DNA of 64,000 bases, from NCBI GenBank assembly GCA_051294905.1, contig CM119378.1, forward strand, positions 19,158,001 to 19,222,000, given 5' to 3'. Position 1 is the first letter of the stretch. Each line of letters starts with the position of its first letter. The notes beneath the pieces were generated by a model. The model was not told the origin of the DNA, did no database searches, and was given only the letters and a program-made list of their open reading frames with translations. Origin of the DNA: Botryllus schlosseri. Lineage: Eukaryota. Made by a program: the position numbers and the translations under genes. Below are positions 35,001-50,000 of the stretch, one piece after another.

Positions 35001-38000
35001 CAATATAGGATTTCTGAGCCGATACTAGCACTCGTAAATGTTTCACTGGATATGAGCGTGAATTGCTGCCATATACGGACATATAAGGCCAAGCCAAGGC
35101 CAAAGCTTAGAGGTTAGATTAGGGCAGGGGTGGGCAAACTACGGCCCGCGAAAGCGTCAGGAAACGTAAAAATATTGATACAATGCGTACTAAAAATCAG
35201 ATTACTATGGGGTGGGTACTTGATTAAACTTTTTCTCGATATACTTCAACATGATAATGATAAGCTATATTCTCACCATCGTAGTTCTTATTTCATTGAT
35301 GGCGCGATTGTCCGACCTCTCGGCCCATGCATTTTGAAAGGTTTCAATTGCTAAACGACACAGAAAGTGAAACTTAAATGAATTGACTCCGACCACGTGT
35401 GTGATTTTAGATTGGAAACACGAGCAAGTTTATTATTTTTAGTGCTGTAGGCATACTTGAAAAACCGATTCACGGGTTTGTTTGATAGATTTGTTCATTG
35501 TATGTGTGAAACTATTTATATTTCTAATAATTATATATTGTAGAAGGGTATTTAAAGGGAACATGGTTATGGTGATGTCAGCATTGTCTGTGCTGGAATT
35601 TAACCAAAAGTACAATCAGCAAATCTTATGAACAGATCGCTGCCCACAGACTCAAATTTACATCCAGCTCTAAGAATCGGGACAACCGACTTTCATCCTT
35701 AATTTTCACAATGAGGACGACCAGCTTATAAATTCTCGTCAGTGTTTCTGACGCGTGTATGTTACCATCATTTTAATGTTTGGTTCGTTTTAAATATACA
35801 AATACCGTACATATAGCCTATGTTATTTCCATGTCGTCGGTCACTATATAATCAAATAGCAATATTGCATTTTGGCTTAGCATCCCAATTTTATACAGTG
35901 CGGCCCGGGAATGGATTCAAATGTTGAATGCGGCCCGCGATCTAAAAAGTTTGCCTACCCCTGGATTAGGGTTTGAGTTATGGGTGGGAAAGGGGTAGGT
36001 TCGTATTAGCGTTAAACGGTCGCAAGTGCCGAATTCACTGGTGAATATTCAATTTCCACTCCTTATTCGCGTCATCCTGTATCTCACGGTAAAATGCCTT
36101 TTAAAGGATTTCCAATTGGTGGACTGCCTACTATGGTGAAGGAGGAATACGACCCCTCCCTCGCGTTTGACAGCGACCTTAATCTGCAGAACGACGATGA
36201 ACTCAACGATCTCGCGCTATCCTTCGACACTCACATTGTCGACCAGGAAAACTGCGACATTAACCAATGTAAGCGTTGCTTTGTTTTGCCTGCGCTACGA
36301 ATTTCCGAGAGTTGATTCAGTTCACGGGATATTTGATGACTTTTTGTTTATCTGTAGGCTCTGGCTCTGCTATGTCGATCTCTGCTGATGAAACTTTGGA
36401 CAAGTGCTTGTCTTCGACTGTCGATTCTCTCGGAAGCAATGTCATCACTATTAGCAAACTGGGGAACACAGTTCAAGTCAAGAAGGAAACTGATATGGGC
36501 ATGGATTACAGGTTTGCTAATCATGTTTATACCAACCTAATTTGATTATATTCTATGAATGATTTTACTTTCGTTTGACTCGACCACTCTACGTTCTGCC
36601 AACTATCGAATTTGACGCTGATGGTATTTTACATCCGTGCAGAAATCATGACTCACCATGGAAATGATATCTTGCTACTGCTTGACTCTGTGTTTATTTC
36701 TGTGGACATAATCGTCTAAACACCACCGGTCTTTTCAATAAACAATTAGGCAAAGAATAACATGGGTCTGATAGCATTGCCCATAGGAATTGTAGTACCG
36801 AATATGTTGTGTTTATGATCGATCTTTCCCCGCTGTAATACCATTTCTCATACGACCAGGCCCACCATTGTAATCAGTCTTGTACAATCTACTCGATTTT
36901 CAAAATGCGTACCGTGGCTAGAACTAATGCGTAACTAGAACATGAACTAATGACTTTCAAAAATCCACCACCAACTTACTAAAATGCAACTCACTGGATT
37001 CAAATCCGAAGCAATTATTGAATGGCGCATGAGCTAAGAAATGTTGGAAATAGACTCGGAATGACGTGGTTACGAGTTTGGAATGGGTGGTTTCTGCCTC
37101 CAAAATCCACCCTCTGGCTATTACGTCCCTGTTAGTGGTGAGGAATCTGAGCTAGCAATGGCTACAAGGACATCACAAAAGAGTACAGCGGTAGCACGAT
37201 TCCTGCCAAACGACCACACGTGTTTTCTAGTTGTTTGGCAACTAATTAATTTGTAAATTGACAACTAGAACTACCGGTACTCATTGTTAAAAATCCGTGA
37301 CTAGAACTAGAACTGCTCAAAATTCAGAGGGTAAATCGGTAGTTTGTACAAGTGCGACTGTAATGCATTACGATGAAAGGTTGATGTGTATCTGACAGCA
37401 CAACCGCCACGAACCCGTATGAAAACGCGCTCAAGTCCAGCGTGATCAACATTACCGCTGATGGCAAAATCGAAGGTATCCCGACGGCTATGTACTTGGC
37501 TCAGAACAGTCAGACCGCAAAAGCACAGACCAGCTCCGCCAGTCAACACACTGCGAAGGTGACGACGAACTCAGTTACGCAAAGGACCCAGATACAGATT
37601 CCGACTTCCACGCTGCAAACGATCTTGAAGAGTGGACGATTGGTATGTAGTCAAGCTCAATTATTTCCCTATTGATGCGCGTACGCCGTGAAACTAGTCG
37701 CCACCCCAATTGCTTATGTATGGCTTATGTATGTATGTATGGAGCTGTGTAATGTATTTCCCTGTAATATGCAACTGATAGGATTTTACATATTCATATC
37801 ATAAGAAGCTAATTGCTGGGAAGATCGTATGTTCCATCGGTGGTGATGATAATCGGGTGCGTTATTTTTCACTATATGCGCGGTGCTGTGTCACCATGCG
37901 TTTTCGGCCGAGTATGCGTAAATGTATGCCGGAAATAAACTAGATTATAGCTTATGTATCTATACCTGTTTTAGTGTACAACGAATCGGTACCGTGCTTG

Positions 38001-41000
38001 TAAATGCCGAAAAATAGAATTGGACGCTATTTTTGGTTACGAATCTGATTTTCAAATATTCTTTTTTGTGCTAGCATTAGTGTTGTTTCGTTTTGTGCTC
38101 CGGTCAAGTTGATTATTGTTGTGACCATTTTAGCTGACATGCATCACGCAATTGCCCTTTGATTTGTATTAATTCAATCAATGCCAACGCTATGAAACTA
38201 CTACTTCGAAACTTATCAGCTCAGACATCTTAATTGCTGTAGGCCTATACACAAGTCAGTGTGACAGTACACGTTGAATGTAAGGCTGAATCCTACTACG
38301 GCTCGCGGATTATATCGTCATGTGCAATTGTGCATTTTCTATAGATATTAGGCGGTCTCTGACTTTAGAAATGGAGCTCGGCGCTGGCATGAGTTTCTAT
38401 TGTCAATATCCTCTAATAATGGAAGGCCGACTAGAGTTCGCGAGTCGACCAATATGCGTAACTTGCCTTCTATTGACTCCTCCGAACAATAGATAGTTTG
38501 CTTATTCTGAGAAGGTTTACTCGATAATACCTCTCCGATCGACACAAATAGACAATCTGCGCTCCCATTCTCAAGTTGGTCACTTTCTTTGGTATTGTGG
38601 GTTAGATCGATATCTTATGCGGGAAATGTTGGGGAATATAACTAGGTTCATGAACTTTTCAATAACTTGGAAAACGTCAATTGGTAACGAAGATCATGCA
38701 GAAGTTGCTCTTTCATTATCTGTAACATTTCAGCGTTGCTTGTGTCTTCTTCATATCTACTGTATAAATCGTTGATTGCCTGAAGCGAAGCCTGTATTGC
38801 ATCGTTGTTATTTGAAATAAGCCATTGCGTAGATTAGCGTCCGGTCAATAAGGATTATTATTCAATACGTCGAGACGATCATACTGAATAAGCTTGGCAA
38901 TATCGAGTTACGTCTGTAACGATATCTGTTAAGTGTCAAACGCAAAATCGATTGTACGAATACCATGTTTCTATAAGGATTTGTTTATATTGCCAGCCCT
39001 GTGTTACGTAAGCCGGGCTGTACTGTAAAATATGTGTATAGTAAATGCAAATGTATGTCTAACATCACCTTAGGGCGTTTGTATAGGAATTTCAACGTTC
39101 GCAACAGCGTAACGTGCCATCTCCGATAGTGCCTGAGCTCGTCCTTTTGGAATACTGTATATTTGATCGCGAAAAGAACGCACACCGTATGGCGACGCGC
39201 TAAACCAGTCGCACAGCCTTTACAGCTCTGAAATTTCGCAATCCCTGCACGTGGTTGCAACTGTAGTACAATAGGATGACACTTAACGTAGCCTGTAGCT
39301 AGTCTAGCTACTCAATGGAGCATAGGGCTGAAAGTAAACTAAAGGTATCTGTCTCGCCTCAGTCGCCTGGTGTGGGTGGTTTCATTAATTATTTAGCACA
39401 CTGTGTTCGCGTCTTGTAACTGACATTTTTGGAAAACACGGTATGTGTGATGACAACGTTGCTCTTACTAATAGTGAGTATAGGCTATCTCCATTGTCAA
39501 AATGTACTTAATACACCCAGTAAAGATTATCGTGCGGTATGTGTGTGGTATTATTTTAAGGGCATGTTGTGCAATTGCATGCATCCGCGCAACTACATGA
39601 ACATCTCGTTTAGCCCATGATTTCCATTGTAACTCTACAAACACAAACATAATTAGATTCACCGTAGAGTACACATGGTGAGTGTATCAATAGCAACCGA
39701 GCATTTCCTGCTTCGCTTAGCATGCATGAGCGTCTCGGGTGTGCCTTATTATTGAGGTTGTAAACGCGAGTAGCCGAAATGACTTCACCGCATGCTGTTG
39801 AGGAAATAGGTCGTATTACGATACGAATGCCTGTCGACGATCCCAGCACCTGTCATTGAGAAAAATCATATTTATCTGCGGACTACGACCGTCAGTCGTG
39901 ATGGTCCCTGCCAAGGATCAATTCCTCTTGAGATGTCAATACAAACTCGGTACTGTATGAACTAATACAGTACAATAATATGACTTACCCAATTAACGGT
40001 ATATAATTGCTCACCATTTGATTATAAATTGTCTGAGCACCTAAACTTGGCGCTTCCATGGTAAACCAAGGGTCCTTTTACAGATTACGAAGCTTCGACA
40101 GGATGGCCAGTATCCTCGTATAAAGATCAAGACAGAGCCTTGCGAAGGGGAACAGTATGTAAGGATATGTCAGCCGCAGGTAAACATAGATATTTTACAC
40201 AGCGCCTTTCCTTGTATGATACCGGTATCATGGCGGTTGTTGAGAGCCTATTGACGGACCTCGTGTGTACTGCATGTTCCTGGCTGTAATGTAATTCTTC
40301 ATAGTGACTATGTGCCCTTCTAGATCAGTGGTTGTCGATCATGATAGCTTGGGAACCAGTAAAACCTTTACAAATCATGTAATAGAGTCAAATGTATGCA
40401 ACTCTGAAGCAAATATTGGAAACTTCCATCAAAATAACAAGGAATTTGATCTTGCCTTATTGATATTACACGTGTTGTACGTGGTTTTACTGTTTCTGCT
40501 CTGCAAGGCGAGTTGTATTTGCAAACCGCTAAATTGACTTCGATTGTTGTTGCATTTGTCCAGGGACAACTGGACAAGTGTCCAACTTGCAATCTTCAAT
40601 TGAGATGTAGAATTATATAAAATTGTAATGTATGTGGCAGCAATGTAAGAAGTGGTTGGAGAGGGGATTGAGAACCACTGCTCTAGAATCTCTATCACTA
40701 GTGTATGATGTCATAGTGTTTGTGTCGTCACATTGTTACGGAGTCTCACCATGAATAATCCGATCATGCGCCGTCTATTTGACCTTGCCTCGTTACGTTG
40801 CGCTAGTTATAGGCTGTGCTTGTGCAGTACAGTTTCCCCTTAGCCGCGACTATTTTGTAAGGTCACAGTCTCTGCAGGTTGACGTACAATTGCCGCCGAC
40901 GCCTCCGAGCAGTAACACCAGTGATAGCGAAGGATCCTTGAGCCCAAAAGTAGCCTGCACCAGAATAACACCTGAAATCACAGTGCCGTCTCAATCTCAC

Positions 41001-44000
41001 ATACATTTCTTGCCTACCACGAACCACATGTCCGCACAACTGCTTACAAATCCGCAGGTGGGTACATTTACAACTGAAATAGTAGTCCGATTTTGACATG
41101 ATAAAAATGGAGTGATAATTTCCAATTCTTAATTTATACCTAATGCGATGAGTACACAGTTTATGGAATCGGGGTACGGCTTAGAAGACATTCGGCCATA
41201 GCGTATGTATCGTACTAATGTATTTCTGCTTCCTGAATCGGCATGGATTTATCAAGTACCACGCTGGTAGTGTATCAAATGACGCGTATTGCGACTTGCG
41301 TGCGGTACTTGTCCTCGATTGGTCGCATCCGCTTATGGCGTTGTGTAGTAGATGCGCCCGATGGCAGATCCTAACAACACGAATCGATGGCGAGGTGCTT
41401 GATCGCTGTGAAGTGCTCCCGTGGTTGATTTTTGCGCAGTCTTGTAATATTTGCCATGGAGTGTGGCCGCCGTTTGCTAAATTTAGTATTCGCCGGCAGA
41501 CTGAATTGGGATATGCGCTGTCGAATTGATTCCTTAATACCTATTATCCTCATTAAAAGCAAGTGATTAACGATGGGTGATCGATGCTCGCTGGTTCTAG
41601 CGAGGGTAACTACATCTCGAACACGATGTTGTATTGATTTTCGCCGGCTGTACACAGTACAGGTATCCATGTAACATGATAGCTCTATGCTGTAATAATA
41701 TGCGCAGTATGTTCTAGGTGTCGTTTACCAGTTTGGTGCGAGTGAATCTGCATTATTGCTATTCCAAAATCATACCATTATGACAAAAAAACGGCTATTT
41801 TGAGGTTGGTTTCAAGATTGGAAAATTTTGATTACTCCAGGCTATGGATTCTACCATTTACGTCACATGGCTACGATGTGTTTTGCTGATACCAATGTGC
41901 AAAAATACTCGTCGCTAAATTTGGCAATGCATTGCATTGCAATGTTCCGATACTTCTGATAACTTAGCGTCGTGTCGCCAATATAGGTTAACGAAAAGGT
42001 AGCATCGCCGTTGCGGATGGGCTTTTTTGTGATGAAATTGGAGGCTGTGATAAGATTGGCAGCTTGGCACCGGTCCCGAGCTGAACGCGCATGTACTTCG
42101 TGACGCTGCTCTTGAAATACTCCCCTGGCCATCACGATGGTCGTTCACAACGAACACCTGCGTGTTCGTAGCTTGGGCCGTGGCCTGTTGAAGCTACTGC
42201 TGTGGTTTGATACCTCAATATGCCTGCTTGTACGTTGCGTTCGAGTGGGCTGTCTATTGATTTTTTTGGAGTGCCGATGCCAAAGCTGAATTCGCACTCG
42301 ATTACTAACGACATTGATTGTTGCGTTTCCTCTTCAAATATTGTACAAGAATAAATCAATTTCGCGAGTGTCGACTGACGTACTGTTCCGGTATTTGGTG
42401 TTAGCCTGGTATACTGCCATCAGTCGCGTCAAAGCGATAGATATGTCGGTTTTCCTATGTTATATTTAGTTACATTTGACACACCTCACCACACGGTCAT
42501 CATCAATATGGCACTTGGTGGCCCCCTAATCCTGATGATAACATTCCCCACCCTAACAGTTAACCCCTAACTCTAACGATAATTGCTACTGCTACATACA
42601 TACGAGGGCGTGTATATCACATTCAGAAATCATGCTCATATTGAGTGAATCATTCATTTTCGAACTTATTATTACATTTCAGATGCAAAATCCACCAAGT
42701 GCCAAATTTATCATTCACTGGTAGTGGTAACCCACCAGACAACTGTCAATTTTAATATATCTGTCCAATTTTGCGCGCTTATCGTTTGAAACGATTGGAC
42801 TGTCCTAATCCTGACACGCGTTGTCCAGTAAACGGTCGTGGTTTAAAATGACTCTCCTCCTCTAGGATTCAAAGAATAACTGGTAGCTTGAATTTACGCC
42901 CCGGTAACACCGTGTTTTACCTCTGAACCGGATACTTCGTGCTCCTTTGGTTAGGTGTACGGATGACTTGCCTTGTATATCCGGGTTCGGTGTAATCCAG
43001 GCGCTTGATGATCCGGTTGAAGTCTTATTAATTGTGGCTAGCCGAGTGCTTCTAAACAAGCCCGTTGCCTTGAATGAGTTGGGTGAGGTTGGGCGCACCC
43101 TGCATCGCTTTAGTAGAGTGATTGTTAAGCAGGGTCTACGAATATCATCAATGGTTAATTGAGGGCGGTTATGGTACGCTGTCATTGGCGGAACTGATGT
43201 GCCGAATTAAGGTTTAGCCGTTGGTAGGTGAATGTATGTTATTGGTCACCGTGAACAGTGAACACCCATCTGAAGGCGTGTTGCACGCTGCATTGCTTAC
43301 TGCCATCTTCTCTCGGACGTTCTCCCCACCCGTTCTATTATGTAACACGCTGCGATATATTGTATTATATAGCTTGGGTTCTTTTTCTGGAATTTATTCT
43401 GGCGCTACGGTTATTGCTATATCCGGGTAGGTATTGTGTGACGTTGGTTTACGATCATTTGGCGGTAACTCTTTTGACGGCGTCAGAGTCACGCTCGGTT
43501 TTAGGCCGGAGCTATCCGATACTGTAGAACAGTAGGACTCACGCCAACCTTTCGGTACTTTTGGTAAATTCTATCCAACAGCTCATCTTGAAGTATTCAT
43601 TTTTAAACTACTGTAAAAGTTCAGTATTTTCCTAAGACGTTAGCGTTAAATTCAGAAACTTTTGCAAACAATGCGAGGTTGCCCTGATTGACCTTCATAT
43701 TCCGTTTTTTTTGGTTTTCCACAAACCACAAACAAAACATCTCTTAACAGCAATATGTTTGTATCAATGAGCTTACATAAGACAATGAAATTGAGTTTTC
43801 ATAGCAGGATATTTTATATAAAACGCCCATTCTGCTGATGTGAGCTCTGCAGTTTTAGCAGTTATGATTATGAGGCAAGACTGCTTTATAACTTATAAAA
43901 TCTCAAATTAGATATCAATCATGTTGGAAATTTAGAGGTTTCGCGTTGAGATCCTGCCGTAGGAATTCATCAGATACTGCCGCGCTTGTTCATAACACCG

Positions 44001-47000
44001 TGATGCACGATATTTTGAACTCGGTACACTTCCCAACGGCTGGTGGATTACCAGGTTAGCGCGTTAGTTCCCTTCCTTCCGCGTACGGCGTGATCAATAT
44101 TCCCGCTAAGTGTACGATTCGATAAGCGTGAGAAGATGGGAAAGATGCTGCTCGACTTTGGTTGTCTATTCGACCAGTTTCAATATCGCGACTTGGTAGG
44201 CTCGCCGCGTATCAATCTCTCACGATATGTATTCTCAAACGTCGATGTTTGTTTAGTGTCGCCCAAATGAAAGTAAAGTGTGCTGTTGTCAATGGATCAT
44301 TGCTCCCGCGACAATGCGTTGGTCCTAATATCCGGGTGCATCGAGGGTTTCGCTGTTACCTACTTGCTTTTAATGGTTACACGGTCTTGACGCTTGGTTG
44401 GTGACGCGTCTTAAGTCTTTATCGTGGTCTTTTCTATCTGGCGTTTGCTCTTGATATCAGTTTTGGTTTTGGTTTTGGTGTCTTCTGGAAAGTAGTCAGA
44501 AAGTCTGTACTGTTTTTGATAGCGTGACCACTGACCGGTGATAGTGACCTTTCTAGTATAGGAGGACTTGCGTTGATGAACTCAGCATACCCGCGATTGT
44601 AATAGCAATATTTTGTCACTGCGTCCTGCGTGTAATATACATTCGAATTCTAGTCAAAATCCAAACCCAAATTTGATTCGTAACACGTGAACAACCGTGT
44701 CCGCAGCCCGGCCGAGATTGAGCTTTCTCGGAGCCCCGTGCGATTTCGAAATTATCGCAAAATCCATTTCCTGCTCTCGGTTACATTTTTGAAAGTTTTA
44801 AAACTGTCTCTGGAAAAAATTGCACTATGTTCCACTGTAATTTAATGTAGTAGAATAGTGTAAAATATGTTAACAGTACTTAAATATTCATTACTCCGTG
44901 GTTGTGAAGAATTTTCGTCCGCGCGCTTGGTCAAGTCTTTAATAAGCCTTGAACGAATGATTCATCAATCTACTTCTCATTGAGACGGCCCATAAAATAG
45001 GTATGGCATCGACTAAGGGGCATGTCTGCCAAACTCACGAGTGACTGAATGATTCCTACCAACACCGATATTTTGTTACATCGTCCAACTTCATCAAGCA
45101 TTGTTGACACCTGGACTTATTCACCAGGGAAGGACTTGCGCAGTCTTGCGAATCAGGATGATAGGTGTGTATTCGCCACACCTCCTTCAACATACACTTG
45201 CCAGCGTTCTGACCGGTGACGCCGTCGTAGTGCAATGAAATTTGTTTCTAACTTCTGATGACATCGGCCGCATCCTATCAACAAATTTGTATTCGTACAC
45301 ATCATTACACAAAGTCATAGGCGTCAGGTTAGACGCGCCGACTAGACGTTGTATGGCGTAGCCTTTGCCGAGAATATTGCATTTTATGACAGCTTGTTTG
45401 CCGTCTAGCAAAAAGGTGTTTGTGGAGCCGCAATGCTGCAATTAAGCCTAGCAACGCTCGACACCTGTAGCTTTGGAACGCAGGTAAAGTTCGCGCAAGG
45501 TTACTTTGGACAGCATATCGTCACTGCTGGCTGCACGCTTCGCGAGCTTTCATGTGATGCATTGACTTGACTCACCGCGAGGAAAACTTCCCGATGCCTT
45601 AGATTGTGGAGTCGTGCGCGTCGGAACATCACCGTGTCGGATATATTTCCGCATTTAGGCTCGCGGCAAGCGTCGAAGCCGGTGCCGCTGTGAACCCAGA
45701 TCTCCGGTTTATATAAGTATTTTCTCTCTATCTGTGTATCGAGCCGTAGCTCTCACGGATACGGCTGAGCAGTGAGCACTGGGATTCGAGTAGGGCGAGT
45801 CGTTATTTCGAGTACCGAAATTAGCTAAGTCTGCAAGGCTGCAACTTGGATTTATTTCACGGATCAGTCTTCAAATTTGAACTTGTCCGCACACGACACA
45901 ATACTGCAAAATATTAAGCCTGGTGATTACTCGGATGCTGTAGTATTTGCATTCTGCACTCGATGTATTCATTGATGCGTTCTCCACTCTTTGCACCATA
46001 AACAGGGCGTTCCAAATATTAAACGGGTGTGGCGAAACAATTCAGCAGCCCGGTAGTAGATCAGTCCTTTTCATAGTATTCAAATTACAAAGTTTAGGAG
46101 CAAAACATCCAATCCATTCATTATCAGAAGAGTATCGATGGAAAGTACAACGGCACTCTTCATAATACAGTGTCATTGATTTCTTAAGTTTTATTCGGGA
46201 GAATGCAACGGGCAATTATGCCTTCCTCGACCATTCCCATATCGATCGTAAAACTATTCATACCTGGGACTTCAAGTATGAAAGGTGAATTTCAAGAAAC
46301 TCTTGGAGCTAGAGAACGTCAATATACTATTGAACATTATATTCATAATGATGTAAACCCGAATATTTTCGACTGCTCTGGCCAACAGTCGTATCATGAC
46401 GTGATATTTGATGACGCCACCATTGATATACAAAGTTATTTTGAAATCTCCACTAGTTGATGACGAGTGGCTTCCCTCTTCTCAATGTATTCGGGTTTAT
46501 TTTATTATAAATATATTAGTCTGTTGTATAAAAGATGTGTCACGGCCGGTCATTTCCGTTGTATCAGCTCGCGGGAATATTTACCCGCTTTTGGCGCGCG
46601 TAAAGAGAGTAAATATTCATATTGCGCGCTTTGGGCGCTTGCTGTCTGTTAATAGCACCGCAAACTTGTTCATACTTGCTCCAGCTATAACCCCGAGGTC
46701 GACTGTTACCATGTATATATATAGTTAACGCCGAGCCAAGCAACCAACCGCCGTCGTAGACGCCAGACCGTCAACAGTTGGCGGTCTTTGGTCGAGACGG
46801 TGTTCCGAGAATTTGTTTACAAATTCGCTGTACTTTGAGCAGGCGAAGTGTTTGTACGCATAGGGCAGATTTTGGCAACCATACCCCCATCCGACGCAAC
46901 TCTCCCTGCGTTACACTATCGATGTGTTGCTGCTATCAATTTAATCAGCTGCCAGTATACATGCATGAGAATGTATCGAGTAGGGGTGTCGAGGTATACA

Positions 47001-50000
47001 TTATACATACAACTATCGCTGCTATTTTTTGACGCAGCTCTGTTAATAGGTAACCGTGTGTTTACGTTGTGACGTCACATCGAGTCACGAGAAACGAGTA
47101 ACCAATAGTAAAGCGAATTGATCCACTATTCAATGCTCTAATAGTTCAACAAGTCCATATGTGTATGTGATCTTTGCTTTTGAATATGGGAATTTTCGAT
47201 TGCTTTCTCTTCCTTTCGGGAATCGTATTTCGATTATAGCGCGCCAGTTTTTGCCATGATTTGGGTTTTTCCCGGCCCGCACATCTGTTGAATTCGACGT
47301 TGTTTATTGCAGAGACTGACTCAGACGCACGGCGAACTTCATCTCACTGAAGAAGAGAAAAGGACGCTGGTATCTGAAGGCTACTCTGTGCCCGACAAGC
47401 TGCCTCTTACCAAGGGAGAAGAGAAGGCTTTGAAGAAGGTAAGGCGACAGTAGACATGCGTATTGCAATGGTACAGCGTTTCATCATAAGTTTCATCGAG
47501 ATGATTCTGTTGCTTGCATAACCCGTCAGTAACGGTGTGCCACACTGTAATTCCATGGGCTGATTTCGCTTTTAAACTGATGCCGACAATGCAGTGTTGC
47601 AATTCGCCATGGTACAATATGAATTGATATTCTGGCCTTAGGACTTGACTTCGGAATGGGATTTGGGATTAAAAATAAAATATATTTGCTTACATACGTT
47701 ACCCAATCGTTTGCTATGGGTTTGTATTTTGTATTGGCGAAGACGTTATTACTTATTACTATTGCCAAGATGGAAAGTACTTTCGCGACGTAGTGTTACG
47801 TCACGTTTATGAATGACATCGCCACAATCACAAGTCAACATGAGGCGGTCGAAATCGGATCGCATGCACGCTTCGGTAAATTGCGCCTCTCCTCGATCAA
47901 CATGCTGCGTGAGTCATGCGAATGCGTTTCGTAATTCCGAAAGCTGCCTTGGGGCTCCGGTCGTATCGTATCGTTCCCAAATACTTTACAAAAGCAATCA
48001 TTATATACTCTCGTTCGGTACAATTTCACATCGTCGCCACTTCTCGCCCGGTTATTTCGATTGCGCCGTAAAATACCATTCGCACGGTGCTGGGGCGGTG
48101 AACTTTGGATTGCAGTGCTTCGCAACTTTGAATGTATCACTGAATATGACCGTGAATTATGATATACGACACTTGGTGAATCGCCAGTGTTGAATTCGGC
48201 CCTTGGTATGTATGCATTAATGTATTCGGATTACGGGTTACGTTTTATACTTTCTTGGGTTGGTACACGAAAACGCTATTCACTCCACCCCAGGGATGTA
48301 TCTCCATATGAATTATTGTATTTTTTACTCCTCTCCACCCATCTGAATAGGCATGTAAGCAAATTCTTGAACCATAAAGTGCGCTTTATATGATTTGTGG
48401 GCGGGAATCGGCGAGATACACGATTTTCGTAAACGATATAGCCTAAACACTTGCATCAAGAACATATAAACCATTCCGCATATATCCAGTCTTATATCAT
48501 ACCTGAAGTACGCTTTCATAGTAATGCCGCTTTCGAGTTCCCATTGCGCCGGCGGCAGCCTATTACCGCGCGCAGCCTTGCGTTTCGGATTTGCTTACGT
48601 CATGTGCCGGTAGATTTTGTTTCGCGAAAACGTGCGCGGATCGCCGTAATCGCAGGAAAAGGTTCATCCGGGTTTCGCGACGCAAATAGACGCGCTCGTT
48701 TGCCGTGAAGTCGCGGTTATGCGTAGACCGGACGCGTTAGGGGTAGGCTTAGCGGATCGCTGTTTCGAAGTCGACTAAGTCTTATTTGATGGCTTCCGAT
48801 TTGAATCAGCCATGCCGAATCGAATTAGGTCCCCCCCCCCACTACCGAATCGGGAGGCGCACCAAGCGAATAAATGGGAATAGTGTTCCCTTGGGATGTT
48901 ATCGTTCAAACAATAAGGTTCAATTTTAAGCTACCATTAAGCATGTGTAGGGCTGACTTTCTACAGCCTGTCATTCGCTCGAATATCACTTTTAACCAGT
49001 AATGGATTGCGTCTACTTTTTCGAAGTAATCAGGTAAGTTTTGCACAATTGCAGTTACACCCACTTGAGTGACTATGTCTTTGGTCCTTCCACTTCTACT
49101 TATACAGTTATATTGGCATTGAAACTAGTTACTTCTTGCAATTTGAACTATGATAAGTAGAAAGAAGTTTTTGGAATGGATATTGAGATTCTGATTCGAA
49201 TCGGCTGTGGACAGTGGCGGACACTTCTCAATGACGAGGGCGATTTTTTAATATGCGGTCGTTCCCTTTTGCTCCACTTCGATACAGGGTTGTAACCTGG
49301 TCGCAAGGTTCCGAATCGCAAGTCAATCTCACTTTTATAGCTTTGACTCGAGTCAAGTCGAGTCATTTTTAATTCAACACCGAGTCAAGTCCGAGTCCAA
49401 GTCTGAAGTCTCTGTGTAGAGGGTCGAGTCCGAGTTCAAGTCATTGTGTTCACTGTTCAGTTTTTAGTTCAATTCGGTTCAACCCATATTTTCCAACTCT
49501 GCCCGAGTGATATAAAATGTTATTATGAAAATTTTCCTCAGTCCTAACAGTTTCTGGGTCTATATTCCAAGTATAAGGACTGATACACGATATACCGATA
49601 ATGTTGTAACTGTACGATTCTTCGAAGTCTCAAAATGTCACTCTTTGCCGTTCTAGTCTCGAGTCATATGACCTGGTTGGAGTCATGCACAATGACTCGA
49701 GTACCAGTCGAGTCAATACACAAATTGACTAGAGTCGAATCTAGACATTTTACACATTTGAAAAAGATGACTCGAGTCAAGTGGAGTGACCAAAAAATCA
49801 TGAATCGAGTCGTTGCAATCCTGCTTGGATGACTCTTGTTTCATCACGTCGCGCGTCTATACCACCTTGCTAATCATGTTTCATTTCACTGAATTGCATT
49901 TTTGTTATGTTTGTTATTGATTTGCAAGGTTGACAAATAAAGATTCTCTCTCAGATCCGCCGGAAGATTAAGAACAAGATTTCGGCGCAGGAGAGCCGAC

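Noticed and set aside
45947-46728. Cluster of short ORFs in CREB3L intron 7 as a nested gene
   Set aside because: No recognisable domain and no consistent splice chain on either strand.
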